From Mobula hypostoma (lineage: Eukaryota): 64,000 nt of DNA. Below are positions 1 to 12,664 of the stretch, in pieces. Each line of letters starts with the position of its first letter. Within the stretch, counting starts at the first letter, position 1. The translations under genes were made by a program, and so were the position numbers. Where the stretch lies: contig NC_086102.1 in NCBI RefSeq assembly GCF_963921235.1, positions 174,034,001 to 174,098,000 on the forward strand. The letters run 5' to 3'. The notes below the pieces were generated by a model that was given only the letters and a program-made list of their open reading frames with translations, searched no databases and had not been told where the DNA came from.

Positions 1-268
1 ATACCGTCGCACACAGATGTAGAAGGGTTCTTCATTGTTGTTTCCATAACAGTTTTGTTTTACCAGTCAGGTTATCCTGAACTGAACCCCCCAAACCTGG
101 AGGACCAGTGGACCACTCTTAGTCTGGCCTCTACCTTTTGAGCTGTGTGACAGGGGTGACCCTACCAAGAGCCAAAGCATGAAGCCCTGACTCCAACCAA
201 CATAGTTCTAAGGTTCACTGAGGCATGCAAGCCTCCGGAATCCAATGACGTTTGTGGTCCTCTTGGAG
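1..268. repeat. Interspersed repeat; second copy at ~55860-56121 (possibly RTE-related)
   Basis: Shared blocks GGACCACT..TAGTCTGGCCTCTACCTTTTGA and CCCTACCAAGAGCCAAAGCAT..AGCCCTGACTCCA in both copies. Confidence 0.8.
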
Positions 269-1284
269 TATTATATTTAAATAGTAGGCTAAAATGATCA
301 AAATTATGAAAGAAAGCCTTTGTTACAAAAAAGAATGGACTTGTTTCTTTGCTTTCTCCATGATGAGATCAGTAAGATTGCATTCCCACACCTACCTATT
401 ATGTTGGAGACTTCCACGTTAGGCTACACATGCACAGAGATCCGAGAGCAGCTTCCATTTAAAAGGTAAATACTGGTGTCTGGGTCAATGACTAACTAAG
501 TTCGGGCCAACAATATCAATGGAAAGTCAGACAGGGAAAGTTGCACAGTGCACAAAGTAAGTGAGGAGGAAGTGAATCTATGTGCACGATTCTCTTCCTT
601 CCTGTAGATTGAAATAATATTCAGTACTGAAATTGCCATCTTACAATAATGCATTGCTTCACATTAGTTTAAAACAAACTGCTGCCTTTCAACAATTTTA
701 TCTGCAATTTTTTTGTTTCAATTAACCTTGCAAGTATTATTTTCCACTATTTCTGGCAGAATATCCATATTAAATATTTTAATTGCTTCAGTGCATGCAA
801 GTAATTGCATCATTGAGTGTTTCAATATGCAACCAGAATTAACCACCCCGTGCAAGATAAAGAAGTATCCAGAAAGATACGTCTCATTTTCATTGAAAAT
901 TAATAGTAAATTAGTACTTACACAAGCAAATCACTAAGGTAATTACAAGAATTGCTCAACTAAAGCAAAAATGAGCATGAAGGTGTGTATTATTAATGGC
1001 TGTTACATATTGGGATGTCACAGTGTTTGATAAAGTGCGACTGCGACAATCCTACATATGTGCATAACAAACAGACCTATTAGCACAAGCATTGTCAGCT
1101 TTCTAAAACTGATGGGGCACTACACTGCAAGTTTTTTAAGCAGTCTGAGGATAGAGAAAAATGGGTAAAATTAACAAGTATTGTAAAGACATCCTGATAG
1201 CAATGCAGGTGCAACATTTAATTTCATAAAACAACTTGGATTTATGTTTCATCTTTACTGCAGCTTCAAAAAATGAATCCCCAT

Positions 1285-1600
1285 CAACCGTTAGCCATTT
1301 TTATCAATGCACCATCGCAAGCGCCCTATCTGGATGCATAACGGCTTGGTGTGACAACTACTCTCCCTGCGACCGCAAGAAAATGCAGTGAATTGTGGAC
1401 GCTGCACAACACATCACGGAAAACAGCCTCCCCTCCATGGATGCTGTACTTCTCGCTGCCTTAGTAAAGCAGCCTGCATATTCAAACACCTCACCCTCCC
1501 AGACGTTTTCTCTCCTATCAGGCATATACCATGAGCACTGTTCCCTCCAAGCTGCATGGGTGCACAGCCACACAATAACTGAAATGCTACCCTGCACATA
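1285..1600 (+). mobile_element. Rex1/Babar-type LINE 3' fragment
   Basis: Degenerate FYQCTIASALSGCITAW...IVDAAQHITENSLPSMD, homologous to 61190-61500. Confidence 0.7.
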
Positions 1601-1634
1601 GCCTTTGTTGCCACATAGCTGAAATTTTCTTTTA

Positions 1635-2105
1635 TACAGTACTGTGCAAGAGTCCTAGGCACATACATATGGCGAAGGTGCCTAAGACTTTTGCGTAGTA
1701 TTGTATTTGTCAATGTGGAGCAGGAAGCTAGTCTGAAAACCTAGCATGAGCAAAGGATGTTGGGAATGGTGAGGAGGAGCACCAGCAGCGGGGGATAATG
1801 CAGGTGCAGACACACCCAGCCCTGAGACACCAGGCATTTAATAGAAACAATTGCTTTATTAATCATTACACAATGTCTCGCCAGTGCTTCCCTCTCCCTT
1901 CCCCTTTTCCCAACCATGATTCCCCTTTTACTGTCCCCTCCCCGCTCTCAGTCCACAGTGGAGACCCATATCAGAATCAGGCTTGTCATCACTCGCATGT
2001 GTTATGAAATTTGTTTTTTTCTGTGGCAGCTGTACAGACCAATACATAAAATTACCACAGTACTGTGCAGAGGCCATATATATGTAGCTAGATTTTTGCA
2101 CAGTG
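1635..2105. mobile_element. Tc1/mariner-type non-autonomous element with paired TIR hairpins
   Basis: TA-CAGTACTGTGCAAGAGTCCTAGGCAC (1637-1662) is inverted at 1678-1703 followed by TA; a second degenerate pair at ~2058-2105; the body is repeated at ~14010-14293 and 14570-14665. Confidence 0.7.
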
Positions 2106-3292
2106 AAGTTATATGTTAATATAACACATTATTAATTACAGGGTTTTCACAATTATTTTAACATAGATTTCAAAATTACATTTGCGTTGTTTAAAAGAGA
2201 AGTCCAGCTATGGGGTAACAAAAGCTATGCGCACAGGAGCATTTCAGTGACCACTAGACTCAAGGACAGCTCCAACACACCTGTTATAAATCTATTGAAT
2301 GTTTCCCTAATACAGTGTAATAGACTTGGACTCTTGGTCTCACAATCTACCTCATTATGATCCTGCATTTTACTGTTTAACTGCACTGTATTTTCTCTGT
2401 AGCTGGTATACTTTATTGTGCATTGCTATCGTTTTACCTTGCTTTACTTCAATGCAATGTGTAATGATTTAATCTGTATAAATAATACGCAACCTTTTCA
2501 CTGTACAAGTCACAGTAATAACCCAATTCCAAATCAGCAAAATCAAAGCAATTAGGGACTATGAACTCGCTCATTATCTGTAGCGGCTACTCTAAAATAA
2601 ACCAAAACCGCTGAGAGGCTGAGAGAGGGTGTTGGCACTTTATGACGAGCTTCCAAACAACTGTGTTCCAAGTCAGAAAAGGTACCTTCGATCCTTTATT
2701 ATAAAACTAGCAAAGTTTAACGCGCTTGCAGCAATAAACATCTAATAAATTAGCGATACAGCAGAATAAAAGTAATTAGCATTCAACTTAGCGGTCAGCA
2801 AAATTATATCATCCCTGGCTCACTCCTTATCATCTAAGCTAAACTAACTAACTAGGACAAAGCATGAATGTGTAGCTATGCTCATTTGCTTCTACCATGC
2901 CCCAACCCATGTGACAAATTACAGTGATCCATAGTAAATGCACAACATAAAATACAATACAGGCAGACAGAAAATAGATACATGGCTCCTACATTGTCAA
3001 TGAAGCAGATTTTAAAGTTGTTTTTGGAATGGGTTGGGACAAGATGGTTCAGAAAGAAAAGAGTTTCAGCGCCTGCTGGTATGAGAATTTAAAAGATTTC
3101 TTATCTGTATTAGAGGATTAGATTGTAGACCAAAGACTGGACCAAAGACCTTGCATAGGATTGTTCCATAAGTGTAGAACAAAGAGAAGCAGAAATATCT
3201 AGGTGAAAGATGAACAAGGCTTTGTGTAAGAAGGGAAGTCATTAATATTTATATAAAAATATATTCCAGTTGTTTTTCAGGGACATCACCAG

Positions 3293-4695
3293 TATAGTTC
3301 CCTCTTAGCTGTGCGCGTGTGCATGCACACACACGTTTTTCATTCAGCGCACAAAGGAAATTAATGTGCACACAAAAGGTTAGTTACCTAAAATAGTGTA
3401 GTAATTAATAATTATACTAATTGAAAATGATCTTTTAGTTAGATGCTTCTGTTAACTAGTTAATCGTTTTTTCAAATACCACAATGCACGTCACTAATTT
3501 ACGTCACCTCACCTTTCCTGTTCCAGTTTGTACAGTTGCATCACGGCGGCTGCCATCTTTGGTGGACAGTGTTCATATCGTAAAGTTTACAAAGATCTGT
3601 TTCAAATCCTGTAGATAGCTTACTAAGTTTTTATTGAAAAAAATATTGATTCACTACATTGAATTCAAAAGAAGTGAAGGGCGTGAAAGCTCAAAAGAAC
3701 TGCAAATTTGTTTAAAGTTGAATGGCTTAACAAAATAGCAGAAACGACTACACTGAAAGCTCATGAGGTCATGAACGTTCAGCTACGAGAAATATTTATG
3801 TATGATTCGGAAAGTGGAGTTATCTGTTTGTATTGTCATGATGAGAAACTTGCTGGAGGATTTGCTAGTGGAAAGAAGTGGGATAATATTTGGAAACTTG
3901 ACTTTTTGAAGCGTCATTTGGCAAGTAAATCGCATTTGGATGGTGTACAAAAGCTCAGGCAACAGAACCCATCATTATCTGTTACAGGAGTGCTACACAT
4001 GTTATGGTTGAGTGCAGACGAGCAAGAGCGAAAACAATCAAACCCAGAGGAGATCAAAGTTGAGGTACAAGAATGCTCAGCTTTTGATTTCTCCACAATT
4101 GCAGATTATGACTTCACATTTGGCGATGAACAAGTTAATGCCTTATGTCTAAAATATCATGATTTTTCTGGCTGAAAATACTGTAATAGTTAGACAGTTA
4201 AATGATTTCAAATTTTCCATGCAAGAAAAAATTAAATCCAAACTGATTTCAAACTTTGCTCAAATGGTGGCATTTGTACTTCAAAATGAACAGTTTTGCG
4301 ACCTTGCACAGTTGTTGGACACTGGGGGAGCATTTCTTGCGTCTAGTGTGGACTGTGAGTGAGGTTTTAGCCTAATGAATCAACTGAAAAACAAGCTGAG
4401 AAAATATTTAGGAGAATGTCATTTGGATATGTTAATGAGAATCAAAAGCTATCAATTGGATGGAAGTTCTATTAGTCTAGATAAAGTTTACAAAGAATGG
4501 GTAAATGCCAAAGACAGGAGAGGGAAAAAAAATAATTGAGTAACTTCTATGCAGTTTCATGTCAAATGTTTTGTAAACCTAAATAAACTGTGCCACGTGT
4601 GCATTCAGTGCACACATACTTCTGTCACAGGAAAAAAATTTGCACAACATAAGATTTTTGCGCACACTGACTACTAAAAATTGGATGGAACATTG
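3293..4695 (+). mobile_element. Internally deleted hAT DNA transposon (transposase pseudogene)
   Basis: 8-bp TSD ATCACCAG (3285-3292 and 4696-4703); degenerate TIRs (tataGTTCCctct / caatGTTCCatcc); N-terminal zinc-finger-like FKVEWL..CLYC..LKRHLASKSH; hATC dimerisation motif SSVDCE*GFSLMNQLKNKLR..HLDMLMRIK. Confidence 0.88.
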
Positions 4696-4703
4696 ATCAC
4701 CAG

Positions 4704-5462
4704 CCTCCTGGATAACCACGTCTGCTCCAGTTACACCGAGCTGCAGCTCTTCGGAGAACATGTTAAGGAACCAGACCTACAGCTCAATGACTTTTGGCTC
4801 ATACAGGAAACTGAGGAGATGATAGATCAGAGCCACAGGGAGGTAACCATCCCGAAGTTGCAGGAGGCAGGTACCTGGGTGACTGTCAGGAGAGGGAAAG
4901 GAAGTGGGCAGCCTGTAAAGAGTACGCCTGTGACCAAAGCCCTCAATAATATGTATACCACTTTAGATACTCTTGAGCGGGATGATCTACCAGGGGAGAG
5001 CTGCAGCGAATGGGTCTCTGGCACAGAGCTTGGTGCTGAGCTCAGGAGGGAACAGGCGAGAAGAGGAGTGCAGTAGTGGTAGGGGATTCCATAGTTACAG
5101 GAGTAGACACGAGATTCTGTGGACATGAAAGAGACACCCGGATGGTATGTTGCCTCCCAGGTACCAGGATCAGGGACTTGGTCTTCGGCATTCTGAAGGG
5201 GGAGGGTAAGCAGCCAGAAGTCTTGATACATATAGGCACCCATGACATAGGTAGGAAAATGGAGAAGGTTCTGAAGAGTAAACTTAGGGATTTAGGTAGA
5301 AAGCTGAAAAGTAGGACCTCCAAGGTGGCAATCTCCGGTATGCTGCCTGTGCCACATGCCAGTGAGGGTAAGAATAGGATAATTTAGTAGATGAATGCAT
5401 GGCTGAGTAACTGGCGCAGGGAGCAGGGCTTCAGATTTTTGGGTCATTGGGATCTCTTCTGG
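4704..5462 (+). mobile_element. CR1-type LINE ORF1 remnant (SGNH esterase-like)
   Basis: WVTVRRGK and VGDSIV...CCLPG...HIGTHDIG motifs; contains stops and frameshifts. Confidence 0.85.
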
Positions 5463-5549
5463 AGAATTGGTAGAATGCCTACGAGGTGGCTTTCTAGAAC
5501 AGCTTGAGGTTGAGCCTCGTTCAGGACCCCCTAAAAATTAACGTAAGTT

Positions 5550-7295
5550 GATTCAGTGGGTGAGGGAGGCAAGTGCAGTGTTAGCATTCATTTCAAAGGG
5601 GACTAGAATATAAAAGCAAGGATGTAATTCTGAGGTTTTATGAGGCACTGGTGAGGCCTCTCCTGGAATATTGTGAGTAGTCTTTCGGTTAAGATGGCGC
5701 TACCGAACATGTGTGACAGCTTACTGATAGTTCAAAAGTCAAGAAGCTCAACTAAAAACATTGTTAAATACACCTTTTCTGAGGTAAATTGTGTTAAATT
5801 ATTGCCGCCAAAAAGAGAGGGGCGAGGGATGGCGAGGCGAGTTCGGCATATGAGCTGGACTGGTGCGTTGCAGAATCGATGCAGATGGAGTGGGCTACTT
5901 GGAGAGAAGTTGGGATGGGGGTTTCCGGTGCCCGTACAACTGGCCCAGTTGCAAGGTTGGATCACCCCGGGTGCCGAGAGGAGAAGTCGAGGCAAAGGCA
6001 TTCTGATGCCCGTACAACTGGCCTGGGTGTGAGGCTGGATTGCTCTGGGCGCTGAGCTGATTTGAAGAGTTTGCGAGCAGCTTTGGATTGGGCGGCAAAA
6101 AATGGGCCTGGAGCAAGTCACTGAGCGGCTTGATTTAAGCCCCAAGCTCTTTGCAGGAGCTGGGTCCTAGTGTGAGATACGATCCGCTGTTTTAGACAAC
6201 TTAAATATCAGCTCAGATTGGAGGCAAGAGCCAATATCACTGACTCTCCACAATGTTCACTCCTCTCTCCAGGGTACGGAGCCCTTCGCTGTAATGGTTC
6301 CCGGGTACAATGTGAGGTACGATCCATTGTTTGGTCAATTTAAATGTTGGTCCAGATAGACTGAAAGACAGGGTTTAGGATCCAAGGCGAGAGCCAATTT
6401 CGCCCGCTCTCTGCGATGGTCACTCCATTCTCCATGACAATGAGGATATGCAGACTGCCCCAGCTCCTGTGCTCTGTGCCCAATAATATGATGAACTGAT
6501 AAATGAGGCTTTGGGCCAACTCTGGACTGCTCCGGGGTTCAGATCTGAAGACTCAATTTTTGATTCGGAATGTTATCGCTCATTTCAATTGTTTGCACAA
6601 CAGGCAGCTTTTCCCCCTCCTATTGCACATAGGGTATTGGTCTTTTTTTTAATGGGTCCTTTCAGGTCTCTTGATTGTGGCTACCTGTAAGCAAACAAAT
6701 CTCAAGGTTGCATAATTTATACATTCTTTGATCATAAATAAATGCACTTAGAGTTTTGGGCCCCTTATCTAAGAAAGGGTGTTCCAACTCTGGATGGGGT
6801 CAGAACAGGTTCATGAGAATGATTCCAGGAGTGAAAGAGTTATTGAATGAGGACTATCCAAAGATTCTGGCCCTGTACTGACTAGAGTTTAGAAGAATGA
6901 GAAGGGATCTCATTGAAATTTGTCGAATGTTGAAAGGCCTAAATAGGGTGGATGTGGAAAGGATGTTTTCTATAGAGGGGGAATCTCAGACCAGAGGGCA
7001 CAGCCTCAGAATAGAAGGATATCCATTTAGAAGGGAGATGAAGATGAATTTCTTTAGCCAGAGAGTGGTGAACCTGTGGAATTAGTTGCCACAGGCGGCT
7101 GTGGAGGCCAAGTCATTGAGTGTATCTAAGCCGGAGGTTGGTAGGTTCTTGATTAGTCAGGGCATGAAAGATTATGGGAAGAAGGCAGGAGAAAGGGGTT
7201 GAGAGAGAAAATGGATCAGCCATGATGAAATGACGAGCAGTTTCAATGGGCCGAATAGCCAAATTTTGCTCTTATTTCTTTTGGTCCTATGGTCT
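5550..7295 (+). mobile_element. CR1/HER1-like LINE 3' end, split by the 5680-6750 insertion
   Basis: LVRPLLEYC before the insertion; RRDLIEICRMLKGLNRVD..TRGHSLRI..FFSQRVVNLWN after it; typical CR1 3' tail. Confidence 0.88.
5680..6750 (+). mobile_element. Non-autonomous retroelement with YY1-like head and Rex1-like tail
   Basis: AAGATGGCG at 5691; 3' tail AATCTCAAGGTTG...TTTGATCATAAATAAA resembles the Rex1 tail; interrupts a CR1. Confidence 0.55.
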
Positions 7296-7399
7296 TGAAG
7301 TGACATGTTAATGATGTAACTTTCAGTTCGGCTAGTGGCTTAATATAGGGGATGATAGCCCATGGGCCAGCCAAGCTTAAGAAATCTCATTTGGATGAA

Positions 7400-8131
7400 T
7401 GCTGCTGGTACATATCAGTACCACAAAATAACAAACAGTACACAATATGCGATTAAATGATTGAGCTTTATAATTCTTAGTTGGACTGTATGGTAAGTCG
7501 GTCTAGTGACCTGAAGGTCGCTAGTTCGAGCCTCAGCTGAGGCAGCGTGTGTGTCCTTGAGCAAGGCACTTAACCACACATTGCTCTGCGACGACACAGG
7601 TGCCAAGCTGTATCGGCCCTAATGCCCTTCCCTTGAACAACATCGGTGGTGTGGAGAGGGGAGACTTGCAGCATGGGCAACTGCTGGTCTTCCATACAAC
7701 CTTGCCCAGGCCTGCGCCCTGGAAACCTTCCAAGGCACTAATCCATGGTCTCACGAGACGAACGGATGCCTAAAAAAAATAAAGAAACAAAAAAAAAGGA
7801 AAAGGGCCCATTCTCATGAAACAGGCTAATACGCAAGCGTTGGAGCTCACTGATAAGGCCGTTCGTCCACCATCGACCTCCTCCGATTGTTGCTGACTTT
7901 CGGACCCTCTCTCCAAGTCCACTCCGTCCGGCGGACTACCAACTCTCTCCATTCGCGTCTTCTCTCCTCATCTCTCCCCAGCAAAAGACCACAAAATCCC
8001 TCTCCCGGACACACAAGAAAGAACAACATCTCGCTCATTGGCTAACATACCCCATTATCTCCAGTCATAACCCAAACATTGCTGCTACAGAGAAACCATT
8101 ACCTTAAAGGTGAAAACTTACAGCGTGTACA
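7400..8131 (-). mobile_element. Possible solo LTR, itself interrupted by a SINE
   Basis: TG...CA ends, near-TSD ATGAA/ATGAG, CCAAT on minus strand; no coding evidence. Confidence 0.3.
7495..7780 (+). mobile_element. tRNA-derived SINE, 5'-truncated; same family as 20789-21099
   Basis: Near-identical to the 20.8 kb copy; GTGTCCTTGAGCAAGGCACTTAACC core; A-tail. Confidence 0.88.
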
Positions 8132-8163
8132 ATGAGAATTTTGGTGGCACTGTGGATAAAACA

Positions 8164-8680
8164 TACACTCAGTGGCCACTTTATTAGGTGCCCTCTATAC
8201 CTAATAAAATGGCCACTGAGTGTATGTTCATGGTCTTCTACCCATCCACTTCAAGTTCAATATGTTGTGTGTTCGGGATGCTCTTCTGCACACTACTGTT
8301 GTAATGCATGGTTATTGGAGTTACCATAGTCTTCCTGTCAGCTTGAACCAGTCTGGCCATTCTCCTCTGACCTCTCACATTGATGAGGCATTTCCACCCA
8401 CAGAACAGCCATTCACTAGATATTTTTGGTTTTTTTTTGCACTATTCTCTATAAATTCTAGAGACTATTATACGTGAAAATCCCAGGAGACGAACAGTTG
8501 CGGAGATACTCAAACCACCCCGTCAGGCACCAACAATCATTCAAAAGGTTAAAGTCATTTAGATCACATTTCATCCCCATTCTGATGTCTGGTCTGGACA
8601 ACAACTGAACCTCTTGACCATGCCTGCATGCTTTTATGCATTAAGCTGCCACATGTTTGGATGATTGGATATTTCCATTA
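8164..8680. mobile_element. Tc1-like non-autonomous element/MITE
   Basis: TA-CACTCAGTGGCCACTTTATTAGGT (8166-8189) inverted at 8199-8222 followed by TA. Confidence 0.7.
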
Positions 8681-9054
8681 TTCCATAGTTTCTCATTTTT
8701 CACCTTCAACTACTACAGTAGCAATCATGGGGATAAGGTTAGCTATTTGAATGCTTTGCATTACACTAGGAATTGTTAGTTCTCATACGTTTCTCACCAA
8801 AACTCAGGGATAACTGGGAGGAAATGAGTCTGAAGATAGACATAGACTCTACTTGTAAATATATCCAACTGGACGTGTGTAACAAAGTTGTTGAGGATTA
8901 CATACAGGGTTTGAATTGCCCTCATCCTTGTTAAAGGCAGAACATATGGGTATGTACTCGAACAGGGAGGAAATGACTAACAATATTCCACTCTGCTGGG
9001 GCCTCACTTTGTGAACCAATATGACAACAACCACAAAAAAAGCCACACGTTTAA

Positions 9055-9748
9055 TGTAAGTGCAATTACTAAGAAAGTACGGCAGTACCTCTACTTCCTG
9101 AGGAGTTTGCAAGATTATGCATGACACCTAAAACTTTGATAAACCTCTTTAGATACTGGGTGGGGAGTATATTGACTGGCTGCATCACAGTCTGCTATGG
9201 GAACATCAGTACCCTTGAACAGAAAATCCTACAAAATGTAGTAAATATGGCCAGTCCATCACAGTTAAAGCCCTCCTAACGTTGAACACGTACAGAGTGC
9301 AGTAGCAGGAAAGCAGCATCCATCATCTAGGACCCTCACCACCCAGGTCATGCTGTCTTCTCGCTGATGCCATCTGAAAGAAGGTACAGGAGCTTCAGAA
9401 CCCATACCGCCAGGTTCAGGGACAGGTATTACCCCTTAACCATCAGGCGCCCGAACCAAAGGGGATAAGTTCACTCAACTTCACTTGCTACATCGCTAAA
9501 CTACTCTTGTAACCTATAAGCTCACTTTCAAGGACTCTTCATCTCATGATCTCAAAATTTATTACTTAGTTATTTATTATTTTTTTTCTTTCTTTTTGTG
9601 TTTTCACAGTTTGTTGGCTTTTGCAAACTGGTTGCATGCAGTCTTTCACTGATTCTATTATGGTCATTAGATTTATTGAGTATGCCCACAAGAAAATGAA
9701 TCTCAGGGTGCATATGGTGACATATATGTACTTTGATAATAAATTTAG
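9055..9748 (+). mobile_element. Rex1/Babar LINE 3' fragment
   Basis: Homologous to 61120-61830, including the AAGAAAATGAATCTCAGGG...TTTGATAATAAATTT tail. Confidence 0.85.
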
Positions 9749-11000
9749 AGTCATAGAGTCACAGAAAAGTACAGCACAGAAACAAGCCTTTTGGCCCATC
9801 TAGTCCGTGCTGAGCCATCTAAATTGCCTATTTCCATTGACCTGCACTGGGATCATGGTGCTCCATACCACTTCCATCCATGTACCTATCCAAACTTCTC
9901 TTAAACATTGAAATTGAGTTCCCCTCATGTTCCCCTTAAACTTTTCACTTTTCACCCTTAACCTCTAGTGGTAATTCCACCCAACCTCAGTAGGAAAAGT
10001 CTGCTTGCACTTAGCCTGTCTATACCCTTCATAATTTTGTTTTCCTCTATCAAATCTCTCAATCTTCTATGCTTCAAGGAACAAAGTCCTAACGTTTTCA
10101 ATCTTTCCTTATAACTCAGGTCCTCCAGACCAGGCAACATCCTTGTAAATTTTCTCTGCACTCTTTCAACCTTGTTTACATCTTTCCTGTAGGTAGGTGA
10201 CCAAATCTGTACACAAAACTCCAAATTAGGCCTCACCAATGTCTTACACAACTTCAACATAACATCACATCTCCTGTATTCAATACTTTCAGTTATGAAG
10301 GCCAATGTTCCAAAACCTTCCTTTACAACCCTATCAACCTGAGATGCCACGTTCTTTGAATTATGGACCTATATTCCAACCCCTGTGTTCTACAGCACTC
10401 CTCAGTGCCCTACCATTCACAGTGTAAGTCTTACTCTACTTGTTCCCCCCGAAGTGCAACACCTTGCACTTGTCTGCATTAAATTCCACCTGTCATTTCT
10501 CAGCCCATTTTTCCAGCAAGTCAAGATCTTGCTGCAAGTTTTAATAGCCTTCCTCGTTGTCCATTACACCACCAATCTTGGTGTCATTTGCAAATTTGCT
10601 GATCCAGTTAACCACATTATCATCCAGATCGTTGATGTAGATGACAAACAACAATGGACCCAGCACTGATCCCTGCAGGACACCACTAGTCACAGGCCTC
10701 CAGTCAGAGAGGCAACCATCTACTAATACTGTCTGGCTTCACCCACAAAGACAATGCCTAATCCAAGTTACTACCTCATCTTGAATGCCGGGCGACTGAA
10801 ACTTCTTGACCAACTTCTCACACAAAACCTTACGAAATGCTTTGCTAAAATCCATGTAGGCAACATTCACTGCTTTGCCTTCATCAACTTTCCTGGTAAC
10901 TTCCTCAAGAAACTCCATAAGATTGGTTAAACGTGACCCACCATGTACAAAGCCATGCTGACTTTCCCTATCAGTCCATGTCTCTCCAAATACTCATATA
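9749..11000 (-). mobile_element. CR1/HER1-like LINE RT and 3' end
   Basis: LVRPNLEFCVQIWSPTYRKDVNKVERVQRKFTRMLPGL; FANDTKIGG motif upstream. Confidence 0.92.
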
Positions 11001-11569
11001 TTTATTTTCAACGTTGATGTTCAAATTTGTCAATGATCTAACGTAAACAGGTGAATAAAATGACGAAGTGATATTTCAAAGGAAGGAAGTTATCAAGCTG
11101 GAAAGAGTACAAAAACATCAGGGCAAAACCAGCGTGTAGGAAGACCAGACTCTAAAACAGTTAATTGCCCCCAGCAATAAGACAGAGCAATGCCTCCACA
11201 CACTAACCCACCCTTCCATACCCCTCCACCACCACTACTTTATAATTCCTCTCAGAGTCACCTTATGTAAAGAACCTCCTGTGCCTAGTGTCACTTTATG
11301 GATGTGCAATCAAAACTATATACTTAAGCTATCTTATTGTGTTTTTTTATTGTTGTGTTCATTATCTTACTGAGTTTTTTTTTGTTCTGCACTGGATCCA
11401 GAGTAGCAAGTATCTCATTATCCTTTACACTTGCGTACTGGAATTGACATTTAATAATCTTCAATCTTTGACAAGATTTATGAGGATGTTGCTAGAGGCC
11501 CTGAGTTCTAGGGAGAGAGAGGTTGGACACGCTGGAGCATAGGAGAATAAGAGGTGACCTTTCTCCTAT

Positions 11570-11890
11570 CAGGCAAGGACACAAAAGCCTGAAACCACTA
11601 CCATCAGTCCCAAAGACAGCTTCTATCCCTCTATTATAAGACTATTAAATGGTTCCCAATACGATAAGAGAGAGTCTTGACCTCACAGTCTAAATCATAA
11701 TGATCCTGTCCCTTATTGTCTATCTGCACTGCATTTTCTCTGTAGTTATTGCACTTTATTCTGCATTTTTATCATCTTACCTTGTGCTATCTTAGGGCAC
11801 AATGTAATGATTTGATCTGAGTGAACAGTATGCAAGACAATCTTTTAACTGTACTTTGATACATATGACAATAATAAACTAGTTCCTGTT
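11570..11890 (+). repeat. LINE-tail-derived repeat; related copy at ~2255-2530
   Basis: Shared blocks such as CTGCACTG.ATTTTCTCTGTAG and TGTAATGATTT.ATCTG. Confidence 0.7.
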
Positions 11891-12625
11891 CCAAAATCTA
11901 TTGTCCAAGAGAGTGATAAGCAAGATCTGTATTCATATGTTCATACTGCGTTCCATTACTCAACGTACCATCAGGAAGCAGTCCTGACTGAGTTCTGGGA
12001 TATTTTACACTGAAGGAAAAGTCATTCATAATCCATTGATAGAACCCCAAATGGCTGATCTTTCAGCTTTGGGAGAAAATCATTTGCCTCATTTACCAGG
12101 CAATATATAACATATGGAAAACAAAAATTTAAGTGGATGAGTGTAATTTTTTAAAAAAATATTGTATATCACACTTAAGCACTATTGCCAGGAACTCTCT
12201 AACATAATTCACGGTTTATATTTAGCGATAAACTTTGTAAGGTTCTACTGCTGTAAAGTTCAACTCATCCTTTTTCAGCCCACAAGCCCTATGATCTCAA
12301 TTGCCTTCAAAGAAAAATGATCAGACAATGCCACCTTTCTCGTTAAAAATGGAGACAAAAAGTAAGGAGCGGACTTGAGCTTTTCTGATCAGATGCCCTG
12401 CAGCAATTCAAATAATGCCTGATATTCCTGCATTGCCTGCTTAAAGGATGCTCTGAGAATGAAAGACTCAAAAGCTATTAAGGGGAGAGAGCAACCCTAT
12501 CTTTGTCAAAAATGTTTGCCAAATGAAGGAGGAAAATTTGGCAAGTAGTTGACATGATGATGTGATGTCTGTCAAAATGTCTTTCTGCGTTATGAAAACA
12601 ATGAAAACAACGAGCACTTGTTTTG

Positions 12626-12628
<3 letters not shown>

Positions 12629-12662
<34 letters not shown>
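12629..12662. repeat. (TC)17 microsatellite
   Basis: Direct reading. Confidence 0.97.

Positions 12663-12664
<2 letters not shown>

Noticed and set aside
11556-11563. Perfect NBRE (TGACCTTT) suggesting autoregulation
   Set aside because: Sits at a CR1/Rex repeat junction ~20 kb downstream; an 8-mer is expected by chance in 64 kb.
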